The translations under genes and the position numbers were made by a program. From positions 83,427,102 to 83,491,101 of the forward strand of contig NC_068990.1 of the NCBI RefSeq assembly GCF_001194135.2: 64,000 bases of DNA, written 5' to 3'. Source of the DNA: Octopus bimaculoides. Taxonomy: Eukaryota. Under the pieces are notes generated by a model. It saw nothing but the letters and a program-made list of their open reading frames with translations, searched no databases and was not told the origin of the DNA. Each line of letters opens with the position of its first letter. The stretch's first letter is position 1. Below, piece by piece: positions 25,141 to 38,862 of this stretch.

Positions 25141-26173
25141 AGAAACAGAAAGAAGCCCGGGCCCATGAGCCTGGCTAGGCTTTGAAAGGGTGCAGAAAAA
25201 AAAAAGGGATAATGAATAAACGGTATCTTCATGAAAATAATGTTGTAAAGGATGCTCCATTGCCTGGTGTGATGAGCTGTTTTTTGCAATTCTTAATTTA
25301 TATCTTTGCAAATTAAGGAGAGATAAATAAGGAGACAGAGTTCCCAAACTGAAGGAATCTGAGGTAGATGCAACAGAAAAATAAATAAATAAGTAATATT
25401 TACAAGAGAATTGTAATGAAGATGTAGATGTGAACATCAGCTGATGCAACATGATAAAATGAGGTGGGTCTGTAATTGGAGCTAGGAAGCAGTGAAAGGT
25501 ATTGGTTGTGGTTGCCGTACCGATAGCAAAAAAAAACCACATCACTCCAAGAGTGGGTGTGGTTTCTGAGTAAAGCCAGTTGATAATAAATAAACAAAAA
25601 GAAACACTTTAAGTGGTTAAAAAGAAATTACTGGCCTATTTAAAAAATAAAATAAAATAAAATAAAAAAAAGTAACAAATATAAATTCTTTTGGGACATT
25701 GCAAGTAGCAGCAGACAAATAACCAAGCAAATAAATAAATAAATAAATAAATAAATAGGAAAAAAAAAAGTTGGCATGAAGTCTAATATGCTCTTGGAAG
25801 GAACCTATTGACATCAAGTCTAAATATACCAAATAACATCTCCACCAGCGTAGCTTGCATTCTTGGACTTTCAACAAAAATAACATTGTAGTAATCCATA
25901 AAGAATGTTTTAAGCTAACGACCAAACAGAGGAATAACATTTGAGGAAAATACCACACTAAGTGGTGCCCATTTCTAACAACGACACTGAGAACCATGTA
26001 AACCTAGGTCAACAGTGATTCTTAACAGCTACATCACAAACCATATGAACCATGGTCAACGCAAATTTCTAACAAGTAAACTATTATATAACCTGGGTTG
26101 ACATCAATTTTTAACAACCAAACCATTTAGAGCTTTTACTTCCTGACTAAGATTTTAAAATTATGTATTCATA

Positions 26174-26563
26174 AAGCGCAGGAGTGGCTGTGTGGTAAGT
26201 AGCTTGCTTACCAACCACATGGTTCCGGGTTCAGTCCCACTGCATGACACCTTGGGCAAGTGTCTTCTACTATAGTCTTGAGCCGACCAAAGCCTTGTGA
26301 GTGGATTTGGTAGACGGAAACTGAAAGAAACCCGTAGTATATATGTATATGTATATATATGTGTGTGTTTGTGTTTGTCCCCCTCCCCCCAACATCGCTT
26401 GACAACCAATGCTGGTGCGTTTACGTCCCTATAACTTAGCGGTTCGGCAAAAGAGACAGAGAATAAGTACTAGGCTTACAAAGAATAAGTCCTGGAATCG
26501 ATTTGCTCGACTAAAGGCGGTGCTCCAGCATGGCCACAGTCAAATGACTGAAACAAGTAAAAG
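26174..26563 (+). mobile_element. Full-length SINE family A
   Basis: Colinear with 14831-15282. Confidence 0.9.
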
Positions 26564-27024
26564 ATTATATCTGGTGTATTGTAGAAATATAGCCAATGTA
26601 TTGCACATAAATTATAGCAACAAAATCTTAAGTGGAACCCCAAGGGCCATGTGGACCCACTGCTGTAAAGGATACAAGGTAGAGGGAACTAGTTACCCCT
26701 AGAGCAGGCAACTTTTCATGTGCTGGTGATAAAATAAGATGTAACATAGCATCCAATTATAAAAGCCAAGGCCAAAATATAACTTACAGAAGAACTAAGG
26801 TTGGCAGTGTTTCTTTTGTTGTTTGTGCCAGATGGCAAAGACCCTCTGTAAATGCCAATATGTTATGAGGTCTGCATGGAAAAACAAAAGCAGTGATGAT
26901 GATGAATGGAGCTTAGGAGAGAGTTTTATGTGTTGCTGTTGTTGTTGATGATGATGTCTACAACTTTGTACTTACTACACAAACTGAATCCAGACAGGTA
27001 AGAAAGCGGTACAAGTTGTTACGA

Positions 27025-27225
27025 ATTTCTTTATTGCCCACAAGGGGCTAAACATAGAGGGGACAAACAAGGACAGACAAAGGGATTAAGTCGATTATAT
27101 CCTTCCCAGTGTGGAAGGATGAAAGGCAAAGTCGACCTCGGCGGAATTTGAACTCAGAACGTAACGGCAGATGAAATACCGCTAAGCATTTCGCCCGGCG
27201 GGCTAACGTTTCTGCCAGCTCACCG
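27025..27225 (-). mobile_element. SINE family E
   Basis: Reverse complement of 24909-25140. Confidence 0.85.
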
Positions 27226-27549
27226 CCAGTTTTTACTATGTTAATGTTTGCCACCAGGTTAGCCCTTATTGAACAGAGAAGCTTGATGAAAGAGAGTTCC
27301 TGTCGTGACCATCCCCACCAGTTTGAACATCGTCATTTGATATCTGCTTTCCACATTGACCTGGGTTGGACAGTCAGACCAGAGCTGAAGAACTGCACCA
27401 GGTTTCCTGTCTGGTTTCTTTCTACAGCTTGATGCCCACCCTTCCTAACACCAACCATCTTATTGTTCAAAGAGCCCTTTTTTTTTGTCTTTTTCTTTTT
27501 TTTTTTTTTTAAGATAGCGGAAGTGTAATATGAGGCAAATATCTTACTA

Positions 27550-28110
27550 CTGTCTCAAAAGAAGCTGTAGGACTGAGGAATGGAGAGGATCTTCCATGGG
27601 GCAAGGTAAGAGAAGACAGTGAAGGAATGATGTAGGGAAAGGCAGATTAGAAGAAAAGAGCATGGGAAGAAAACAAGATGTAGGTGAAGACAGAACAGAG
27701 ATGGCGAGGAGGAGGAGGTGATGATGATGATGAGGAGGAGAAGGAGGAGAAGGAGGGGAGGAAAACAGTAATAAGATTAAAATGAGAAAGAAACAAAGAT
27801 GGAGAAGGATATGATGGATGGCTAAGCAGACCAAAGAGTAACAATGAACATGATAATGACGGTGGTGGTGGTGGTGGTGGTGGTGGTAGTAGCTATAGTG
27901 GTACTGGTAGCCATAGTGGTGGTGGTGGTGACGGTGATGGTGGTGACGGTGGTTCTCCTACTGCAGATGACACTAAAGAAGATGATGATGATGGTGGTAC
28001 TGGTGGTTGCGGTGGTGGTGGTGGCAGGAGCAGTTGTAGTAGCGATGGTGTTATGTGTTACTGGTGGTGGATGGTGAGTGAGATGGAAATGGTGGTGGTG
28101 GTGGTGGTTT
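27550..28110. repeat. Purine-rich tract followed by (GGT)n/(GAT)n trinucleotide low-complexity block
   Basis: Direct reading; explains the poly-V/poly-H/poly-S ORFs in the track. Confidence 0.9.
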
Positions 28111-28276
28111 TTGCATGAAGGAAGGGAAGACAGAAATGACTTAGATTTTTTCTATCATCACATAATCAACCCGACAGACACACACACACACACACTAACA
28201 AATCCATTGATACAAACCAACTCACATTTACACCCATGTACACACAGTCACAAGGTCCACACACATTACCAACAAT

Positions 28277-28311
<35 letters not shown>

Positions 28312-28763
28312 GAGGTAAGCGATAAACCCCCTCCTCCCCATCATTCTCTAAACAACATCATTTTCTACAATAGTAATCAAATTGAAGCTGTCAGCTGTCC
28401 GACATGTCAAACTTTGAAATTTAATCATCTCCAGCAAGTTTAGACAGCAAGACCAAACAAGTAGCAATATTTATTTTACCTGTGAAGCGAAGACCCTGAT
28501 ACCCTGGCACTTGGCTACCTACACCAACAGAGAGCTACCCAGCTGTCACAGAAAACTGTGAGCCAGTGGTGGTGATGGTGGTGGTGGCAGGTTTTAAAAT
28601 AAATATAACATTAAACAATGTGTGAATTATGTTGATAACCTTCTGACTACAGACTTGTTGTCTCCAAGTGCACCAATACATTCTAACTTCAACCCCTTTA
28701 ACCCTTCTGATGTCAACCAGACTGAAACCACTGTCTTTGATTCCATGATACAGACTTTCTGTT

Positions 28764-29257
28764 TTAATTCTATAGCATTTAAACTGGCCATATCCGGTCA
28801 AAAATATACTACCAATTTTATGTTCAAAATGACCAGGTCCAGCCATTTGCACTTGCCATTCAGAAAAATAAAACAATCATCACCATCATCACCATCATCA
28901 TTGTTTAACGTCTGCTTTCCAGGCTGGCATGGGTTGGACAGTTCAACTAAGGACTGGCAAGCTAGGGAGAGGGGGGGGGCTGCACCAGGCTCCAATCTGA
29001 TCTGGCAAGGTTTCTTTCTACAGCTGGATGTCCTTCCTAACGCCAACCACTCTGAGAGTGAGGTGCGTGCTTTTTACGTGCCACAGGCACGGGGGGTGGG
29101 GGGAAGTTTGGTGGCACTGGCATCAACCACACTCGAATGGTGCATTTTATTTGCCACCGGCACACATCATCAAAATCTCAAAACTATGAGATATTGCATC
29201 ATTAGTTCTGAACAATGTAAATAAATAAGCATCACATTTCACAGAGTAATCTGAATG
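28764..29257 (+). mobile_element. piggyBac-like MITE (TTAACCCTTTAGCATT family) split by an RTE 3'UTR insertion (about 28880-29165)
   Basis: Both flanks are colinear with 49301-49532 and rejoin at ...AAACAATCA|CATCAAAATCTC. Confidence 0.75.
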
Positions 29258-30403
29258 TACATATATACGACAGGCTTCTTTCAGTTTCCATCTACCAAAT
29301 CCACTTACAAGGCTTTGGTCGGCCCGAGGCTTTAGTAGAAGACACTTGCCCNNNNNNNNNNTACAAGGCTTTGGTCGGCCCGAGGCTTTAGTAGAAGACA
29401 CTTGCCCAAGGTGCCACGCAGTGGGACTGAACCCAGAACCATATGGTTGGTAAGCAAACTGTGTCTTTGTGTCTATGTTTGTCCTACCACCACCACCACT
29501 TGAGAACCTGTGTTGGTTTGTTTACATCCCCATAACTTTGTGGTTCAGGAAAAGAGACTGATAGGATTGGTACACGGCTTAAAAAAATAAATCCTGAAAC
29601 TGATTCATTCGATTAAAAATGGCAGTGCTCCAGAATGGTCGCTCTCTAATGACTGAAACAAGTAAACAATTTTATATAACACAACACACAGCATTGTATT
29701 TATACTTATATATGTAGTTTTGGCTTATTTAATACTCAGTGCAAATTTGAAAGTACTGCATTATGTATTTTTTGTTAATATAAAATTGTATTTATTTAAT
29801 TTATTTTATGTTGTTTCGTAAACAATAAGACCGTTAATTTTTAGACTTCATCCAACAGGCCTTCAGTGGTTCACTGCGACCATGACAAGAGTGACAAGAA
29901 GAGAACAACTTCAATGGAATAAATATCATGCAAAGAATTATTATTTGAAAGCAACAGGCTGTCAGTGTTCTTGCCTGTGTTTACATTGGTCACTAACATC
30001 ATTGCCAAAACATATCTGCACACACACATATTTCCGTGTGTGTGTGAATTCATATTCATAGTTTCTTGTTTCATTTTTTACAATTTTGTTCAAGATCAGG
30101 CATGAAACTTGAAGTTACAAAAATTTGAAGTTTCACCTGTAATATATATCATCATCATCATCATCATCATTTAACATCCGTTTTTCCATGCTGGCAAGGA
30201 TTCAATGGTTTAACAGGAGCTGGCTAGCTGAAGAGCTGCCCTGGCGCCATGTCTGTTTCGGCTTGGTTTCCACTGCTGGATGTATCCTCCGAATGCCAAC
30301 CACTTTATAGAGTGTACTGGTTGCTTTAATGCAGCACCAGCACAGGATGTGTGTGTGTTCATCTCTATATCTGTGTGTATGTGTATGTATATATGTATGT
30401 ACA

Positions 30404-30444
<41 letters not shown>

Positions 30445-31089
30445 TTCTATCTGCTTGTTTTAATGGCTTTATAATCATAAAATGGTTTTTGTTTAAACTC
30501 AGATCAGTCCTGATTCAACAGATTCATGATGAAAGACATTCCACCAATGACCATCCAATACCTTTCTGCTCAACACAGTGAATTTTAGTTCTACATCATC
30601 CAAAGTGTCCCCTCTCTTTTTTCCAAGAGACAAGAGTATTTATTAAGAGAGACCTGGTTGCCCAAGCGACAGGAATCTGGAAAAGAGGAAGGTCAAGGAA
30701 GGCATGGAAATAAATNNNNNNNNNNNNNNNNNNNNNNNNNNNNNNNNNNNNNNNNNNNNNNNNNNNNNNNNNNNNNNNNNNNNNNNNNNNNNNNNNNNNN
30801 NNNNNNNNNNNNNNNNNNNNNNNNNNNNNNNNNNNNNNNNNNNNNNNNNNNNNNNNNNNNNNNNNNNNNNNNNNNNNNNNNNNNNNNNNNNNNNNNNNNN
30901 NNNNNNNNNNNNNNNNNNNNNNNNNNNNNNNNNNNNNNNNNNNNNNNNNNNNNNNNNNNNNNNNNNNNNNNNNNNNNNNNNNNNNNNNNNNNNNNNNNNN
31001 NNNNNNNNNNNNNNNNNNNNNNNNNNNNNNNNNNNNNNNNNNNNNNNNNNNNNNNNNNNNNNNNNNNNNNAAACACATACACACACATA

Positions 31090-31272
31090 TATATACATAT
31101 ACATATATACGACAGGCTTCTTTCAGTTTCCGTCTACCAAATCCACTCACAAGGCTTTGGTCGGCCCGAGGCTATAGTAGAAGGCACTTGCCCAAGGTGC
31201 CACGCAGTGGGACTGAACCCGGAACCATGTGGTTGGTAAGCAAGTTACTTACCACACAGCCACTCCTACGCC
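31090..31272 (-). mobile_element. SINE family A head half, near-consensus
   Basis: Reverse complement of family A head. Confidence 0.85.
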
Positions 31273-31692
31273 CAAATATTTATGTAGGAGTTCACATCCA
31301 CAGTCTTATGATGTGAATTTTTTTTTTTTTCCCAAGACAAAAAGTTAGCAGTAAATGCGTCATCAATTAACATAATTATTAATTACATTATTTTCATTAT
31401 TTTTGGTAGTGACTAACAATATCTGCACACATTGATTTCTTTCATATGGTGGCTACAAAATGTGTGTGGCCCATGCATGCACACACACGGATATACAAAG
31501 TACGCACAGGAAACAAATGTAAAATGATGATGATGATGGCAGTAACAAAATAAGCTTCCAAGAAGCCTGATCCAAGGTCAGACTTCCTGGTTATTGTCTG
31601 CTACCCTATCCACAAGGTCATCCAGACAATCTATCTATCTACATAATGGACAATCTATCTAAGTATCATATCGTATTCATCTATCTAGACGA

Positions 31693-31745
31693 GGAGAATG
31701 AAACAGAGATGGGGTATTTGGAGAATGAAACAGAGATGGGGTATT
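31693..31745 (+). repeat. Tandem duplication with a 27 bp period
   Basis: GGAGAATGAAACAGAGATGGGGTATT repeated twice. Confidence 0.9.
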
Positions 31746-32189
31746 CAAGTCTTCACCAGGAGTTCTAATTATAACTCCAAATCACCTACAATTAAGCAGA
31801 TTAATGATTAAAACCACTTCAGCCATGACCTGAACATCCAGTCTTTCTAATGATATCCAGTACTACATAATATCAAACTTGCCCTTACTATATTTAAAAT
31901 GTTCAGATATAATCTAAAGGAGAATCGGCTGTTATTCCTAGCAGGTTGAGCATCAAGATAGAGGTTTACTCATCTGCTTGTCTTGTCTCAAGTAATTACT
32001 TGTGACAATCAAGTTTATGTTTGCCGAGATGATTCAAAAGGTTATTGCTGTGTGAACCACATTGTAACCATCTCACATTCGCTTGTCATAAGCATTGTCA
32101 TCATCATCATCATCAAAATACACATCATCTAGTATTTAGAGATGATGTGTATGTGGATTTGATAGACGGAAACTGAAAGAAGCCCATCC

Positions 32190-32236
<47 letters not shown>

Positions 32237-33049
32237 CATATATGTGTGTGTATGTGTGTGTGTGTGTTTGTGTGGCTGTGTTTATCACCCCACCCACATC
32301 GCTTGACAACACTGGTGTGTTTACATCCCCGTAACTTAGCAGTTCAGCAAAAGGAGATCGGTAGAGTAAGTACTGGGCTTACAAAGAGTAGGTCCTGGAG
32401 TCAATTTGTTCAACTAAAAGGCGATGCTCCAGCATGGCCGCAGTCAAATGACTGAAACAAATAAAAGAATAAATCTACTATCCAAGGCAGATAATTGATG
32501 GAACGACAACAGCAATGGACCAGACTCCCTTGTATTATTTGTCCCAGCTTTCTTTGAATTCTGAGTTCAAATCCCACTGTGGCCTACATTGATGATTGAT
32601 TTAATCCATTGCCTGAATGAACACCCACCACCCTAGCACCTAGGGTGCCTTTAAGAGTCCACACTGTTGCAAGTGTTCAGGTCAGATCTCCAGTCTGAAA
32701 ATAGCTTCTTCCTTCCCGTTAAATACCAAACCATGTGAGAGGACCTCTGTAACAATGATACAAAGTGCTTCGTTTTAAACTATTGGTATTTAAATTAAGA
32801 CCTTTCATTGTAATTTTACATAAGACCATTTTTGTTATATTCCAAAGACCCAACTTAATTCTGAAAAAGTTAATTATTCCAGTTAGTTAAACAAAGATTT
32901 CTTTCATTGACACATGAATTCAGCATTTTCAAGGATAGATATTTGCTAGTGCTATGTCCACGGGCATTGGCAATCACAGACCTGCAAGCCCTCGTCTCTC
33001 TCTCACACACACACAACTCAGCTTATTATTAGGCTTAGGCTGGTCTTTC

Positions 33050-33290
33050 TAAAACCAACTAGTAAGGCCATCAAGAATCTTCTCTTTGTTTTCCCTGGCT
33101 TCTGTTCAGTTTATCAGCTGTCACCAAATGTTCAAGATTTCTTTGCCTCATACGGTATCCAATAAACCGAGCTTGTAGTTTAAGAAGTTTTTCTGCTGAT
33201 CTTATCTCATCTAATGACGTCTACATCTGTCACTCTAAGCAGGACACCTTCAGCATTCGTCTGAGGAGGCACGTTTCTACAACATCAAAT
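33050..33290 (-). mobile_element. Decayed RTE-type LINE ORF2 C-terminal region
   Basis: Minus strand gives DVVETCLLRRMLKVSCLE* then KLLKLQARFIGYRMRQRNLEHLVTADKLNRSQGKQRE, resembling the RTE motifs EMWCYRRMLRISW and QLRFFGHVMRR..LE.LV.TGKIEG.R.RGRQR, with stops. Confidence 0.75.
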
Positions 33291-34746
33291 GGAGTCCAAA
33301 ACTAAAAACTATTTTACCAACCCCAATTTTCCCAAAGAAATGAAAGGTGAAATCAGACATACAAAGATTTGAAACCAAAACATACAGGAATGATTTAAAC
33401 ATTTCATCTCCTATACAACTGTACCTTCCATCATATTACAAGTATAATTAACAATTTGGAGCCTGGTGTAGCCATCTGGTTCACCAGTCCTCAGTCAAAT
33501 CATCCAACCCATGCTAACATGGAAAGCAGACATTAAAAGATAATGATGATGATGATGACACAATAATTATAGTTACACACACACACTTCATCTGTACATC
33601 AGTGATATTTCTTAAAGAGAACCTGGATGGATGCAAAGCAAAGTCAATCCTGACAAAGATTTTGAGCTAATATCATAAAAGAGACAGAAGTAAATGTAAG
33701 ATCTTTAATCCTGTACTCTACAAGGGTTATGATGAAGACCACCACCACCACCACCACCAGTACTCAGTACTCTACTGAAATTACAATTCAGACAGAAGTT
33801 CAAGACTAGCTCCAAGCAATGTGCTGGGATACACACCACCAGCAGTAAGTACAGAGGATTAACAACTGTCTCACTGTGCCATAGCCCTAGAGTCTCAATT
33901 ATCACACTATTGGCCCATACACAATTCATCACTGGATACTGGAGTGCAAAATACTGCTCTCGACAAAGCAATGAAGTGGTATAACTAGAAAAACAGATCA
34001 GCAGGATTGTGCATGGGTGTTTAAAAGACTAGCTGGATGATGATGTAGTTCAGAAGGATCATAGCTGATCTATGAGTACTCAACAACAAACACACTTCAT
34101 GAGGGACTATTTATCAATAGCACTTTAGTAAGAATGAGGTGTACATTCTTGGGTATCTATCAAGCCAACACAGCAGTTTATACATAATCACTTGACTTAC
34201 AAGATTTTGTAACCAAATCTCCCTCATATCAAATTTATATTCTTCAAAAATGAATGACACATGCTTCTTGAGACATTCACAAATCAACTAATCTGAGGCC
34301 ACAAAGGGGCTGAGACAGGATATGAAACTGATTTCTTGGTTGCTGGTCTGCAACCCTTACTATTCCATCATCCATACTTTCTATCTTATTTATCTATGTA
34401 CATAATTCGGTGTATATGTTTCTATCTTTATAAGTGACTATTTATATTACTGTCTATTTATCTATCTATCTGTATAACTATCAAGCGATCAAGCTGTCGT
34501 ATCAATCAAATTTGTCTCACTACATTATCTATCTACATACCTCACAACATATCTATCTTTCTAGCTGCTAAACTACATATCTATCTATGATTCTATCTAT
34601 CCTACAACTATATATATATATATATATANNNNNNNNNNNNNNNNNNNNNNNNNNNNNNNNNNNNNNNNNNNNNNNNNNNNNNNNNNNNNNNNNNNNNNNN
34701 NNNNNNNNNNNNNNNNNNNNNNNNNNNNNNNNNNNNNNNNNNNNNN

Positions 34747-34799
<53 letters not shown>

Positions 34800-34892
34800 T
34801 AACTGAACTACATATCTATGTGCTTAATATATCTGCCTATCTACATCTATCTATCTATTTCTATCTATCTATCTATTTCTTATTCCTTTACT

Positions 34893-35100
34893 ACCCACAA
34901 GGGGCTAAGCATAGAGGGGACAAACAAGGACAGTCAAATAGATTAAGTCGATTATATCAACCCCAGTGCATAGCTGGTACTTGTACTTATTTAATCGACC
35001 CCGAAAGGATGAAAGGCAAAGTCGACCTCGGCGGAATTTGAACTCAGAACGTAGCGGCAGATGAAATACCGCTAAGCATTTCATCCGGCATGCTAACGTT
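34893..35100 (-). mobile_element. SINE family E
   Basis: Reverse complement colinear with 24909-25140. Confidence 0.85.
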
Positions 35101-35514
35101 TCTATCTATCTATTTCTATCTTTTTATCTATTTATCTATCTATCTATCTATCTATTTCTATCTATCTACCTATCTATCAAGCTATCTGTGTGCCTCTCTG
35201 TCTCTCTATACTTCCACATGTCTTACCCCTGTATCTGCATGTCTACCCATTTCCAAACCCACACAAATATTCTAATGATCACAAAATCCTAGTGTTGTGA
35301 TCTTGCAAATAAAACCATCCATGCTGATGGTGGTGGTTGCTTAGGATATAGGAATGGTGGTGGATGGTTGCTAGGAGATGTTGAGATGGTAATAGTGGTT
35401 GTTGCTAGGGGATATAATAATGCATGGAGGTGGGCAAGGCAGCAGCATGTGTGTGTGTGTGTGTGTGTGTGTTGATGTGTGAATGGAGATAGAAAATATG
35501 AGAATCAGTGAATC

Positions 35515-35546
<32 letters not shown>

Positions 35547-35693
35547 AGAAAAGGTGTCTTCATGTGTTGAGAGAGAAGTAGAGAGAGAGGAAAATGGATA
35601 GTTGGAAACAAGGAAAGGAGAGAGTGGATGGATATGGGTAGTTAGAGACAGTTAGAGAGATGGAGAGGAGGGTAATTTAGAGATAAAGTGAGT

Positions 35694-35725
<32 letters not shown>

Positions 35726-36684
35726 NNNNNNNNNNNNNNNNNNNNNNNNNNNNNNNNNNNNNNNNNNNNNNNNNNNNNNNNNNNNNNNNNNNNNNNNNNN
35801 NNNNNNNNNNNNNNNNNNNNNNNNNNNNNNNNNNNNNNNNNNNNNNNNNNNNNNNNNNNNNNNNNNNNNNNNNNNNNNNNNNNNNNNNNNNNNNNNNNNN
35901 NNNNNNNNNNNNNNNNNNNNNNNNNNNNNNNNNNNNNNNNNNNGAGAGGGAGGGAGGGAGGGAGGAGTAGGTGTAGACAAAGAGATAAGGGAGAGAAGTG
36001 AGAAAAAAAAGAGAAAGAGAAGCGGACAAAGGAAATGAGAAGCAAACAAAGAGAGAAAGCGAGACACATGAGAGACAAAGAGAGGGAAACAGAATGAGAG
36101 AGAGAGAAGGAGAGAGAGAGAGGGGGGAGAGAGAGAGAGAGAGAGAGGAGTCAATGGCAGTGGTGATTGTCTAGATAGAGATTATAGTTGCCAGGCAAGC
36201 TGTACTGGTGTATAAATCAGACATATGATTATATATGCATTGAAAAATGTGTCAATGATGACCATAATGATGATGATGATGATGATGATGATAAAGATGA
36301 TAATGACAGTGATGATGATGATTTCGTTGCAGTAGTGGTGGTGTTGGCAATGATGATAATGATGATGATGATTTGGGTTTCTGCTTGTTTTTGTTTTTTG
36401 TTTTTTAGGTCAGTCCACCTACATTGTTGTCAACAGAACCAACAGTACATGCTGAGCTGTTGTTGCTGTTGTAATTCTTCTTGTTCTGATTGTTGTTGTT
36501 GTTGTTGTTAAGCTCCAGGTCAACTCTGATTAAACAGACATGTGATCAAAGACTTTACAGCTGTGATCAGTGATCATCCTTTCCTTTCTTTCTAGTCTAG
36601 CAGACCTATGATCAAACGATTTCCAGCCGTGACCAACCATCCTGATACTGTACCTAACTAGAAACTTTCTCGAATGTGTATCTC

Positions 36685-36876
36685 TTTACTCTTTTACTTG
36701 TTTCAGTCATTTGACTGCGGCCATGCTGGGGCACCGCCTTTAGTCAAACAAATCGACCTACTTATTCTTTGTAAGCCTAGTACTTATTCTATCGGTCTCT
36801 TTTGCCAAACCGCTAGGTTACGGGGACGTAAACACATCAGGATCGGTTGGCAAGCGATGTTGGGGGACAAACACAG

Positions 36877-36911
<35 letters not shown>

Positions 36912-37480
36912 NNNNNNNNNNNNNNNNNNNNNNNNNNNNNNNNNNNNNNNNNNNNNNNNNNNNNNNNNNNNNNNNNNNNNNNNNNNNNNNNNNNNNNNNN
37001 NNNNNNNNNNNNNNNNNNNNNNNNNNNNNNNNNNNNNNNNNNNNNNNNNNNNNNNNNNNNNNNNNNNNNNNNNNNNNNNNNNNNNNNNNNNNNNNNNNNN
37101 NNNNNNNNNNNNNNNNNNNNNNNNNNNNNNNNNNNNNNNNNNNNNNNNNNNNNNNNNNNNNNNNNNNNNNNNNNNNNNNNNNNNNNNNNNNNNNNNNNNN
37201 NNNNNNNNNNNNNNNNNNNNNNNNNNNNNNNNNNNNTGTCTGTGTGTTTGTGTGTCTGTGTGTTTGTGTGTCTGTGTGTTTGTGTGTCTGTGTTTGTTCT
37301 CACAACATCGCTTGACAACCGATGCTGGTGTGTTTACATCCCCGTAACCTAGCGGTTCGGCAAAAGAGCCCGATAGAATAAGTACTAGGATTACAAAGAA
37401 TAAGTCCTGGGGTCGATTTGCTCAACTAAAGGCGGTGCTCCAGCATGGCCGCAGTCAAATGACTGAAACAAGTAACAGAG
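36685..37480. mobile_element. Two SINE-A tail modules in opposite orientation (36685-36880 minus, 37240-37480 plus) around (TA)n and a gap
   Basis: TTTCAGTCATTTGACTGCGGCCATGCTGG on the left versus CCAGCATGGCCGCAGTCAAATGACTGAAA on the right. Confidence 0.8.
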
Positions 37481-38550
37481 AGTAAAAAAGAAAAGAGAAA
37501 AAAAGAGAGTATATATGTATATATGTAATATATGTATATGTATATATACATATTTATTTGTTTCAGCCATCCGATTGCAATCACGCTGGGGCATCACCTT
37601 GTGTCTATACACACACACACACACACACACACACATGCTTGTTGTGGCTAAGAAGTTCACTTTGCAACCACAAAGATTTGAGTCACGTCACAGCATGTTA
37701 CCAGGGGTCAGGGTTTTCTGCCCATAACTTCAGATTGACCACACTCATCATCATTGTCAACGTGATATAATGTGTGTGTGTCTTCCTTGCTTGCTGGAGT
37801 TGAACAGTGACAGGATCTAATGAAATGAAGGATGCATTAAGCGCCAAAGTCCATTTTATAGCATGGTCTCTCCATGGCTAGGTAGTACTTTCTCAATGGA
37901 ATTCAGCAGATTGAAACACAGTGTGTGTGTGTGTGTGTATGCATGTAGGTGGGTGTAGTACATCTTTAGATTGTTACTTAGCATAACAATACACGTGTGC
38001 ATGTGCGTGTGTGTGTGTGTGTGTGCATGAGTGTCAGTATTTTTGGTAACAGAGACCTAAAGATCTGTGTTGTTCTTTATGGTGTCACTTTATGTCAGTT
38101 CAAGATATAGTAGTTCAACACACAGAGACTGATCAAATAAAAATCAAACTAAGACAAGTACTATGGTCGATACGATTGACTAAAACCTCTTGAAGGTGTT
38201 GCCCAAACACGGCAGCAGTCTTAGGACTAAATCCAGCAACAGAATATAAACAAATGCTTACCACACACACACACACACACACATATATACCATCATGTAA
38301 GCAAAAATATGAAGCATGTACACACACACACACACACACACCACAGAAATTCAGGAATTTAATCAAACCAACACCCCAACCAGCCAACAATTCAAGACAA
38401 ACGTTACTTAGCAACTCACAAATACACAACAAAGTGGCTACCAACCTCACTATTTGGAATATATTTGGAATAGTTATCTTTGATATCTATTAACAGTTGG
38501 TAAATATACACACTGCACACACAAACACTTGTGTATACATACATACATAT

Positions 38551-38581
<31 letters not shown>

Positions 38582-38606
38582 NNNNNNNNNNTACATACAT
38601 ACATAT

Positions 38607-38661
<55 letters not shown>

Positions 38662-38821
38662 ATATTATCATCATTATCATCACTGTTTTGCCATGCTAGC
38701 ATGGGTTGAACAGTTTGACTGGGGTCTGGGAAGCCAGGAGGCTGCACCAGGCCCCAATCTGATCCGGCAGTGTTTCTACAGCTGGATTCCCTTCTTAACG
38801 CCGACCACTCCGAGAGCGTAG

Positions 38822-38862
<41 letters not shown>

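Noticed and set aside
28478-28545. 63 nt AG...CAG|GTAAAA candidate exon on the minus strand
   Set aside because: Stop codons in all three frames.
29306-29411. Exact duplication of TACAAGGCTTTGGTCGGCCCGAGGCTTTAGTAGAAGACACTTGCCC across 10 Ns
   Set aside because: Typical unmerged contig overlap; same pattern at about 38535-38650.
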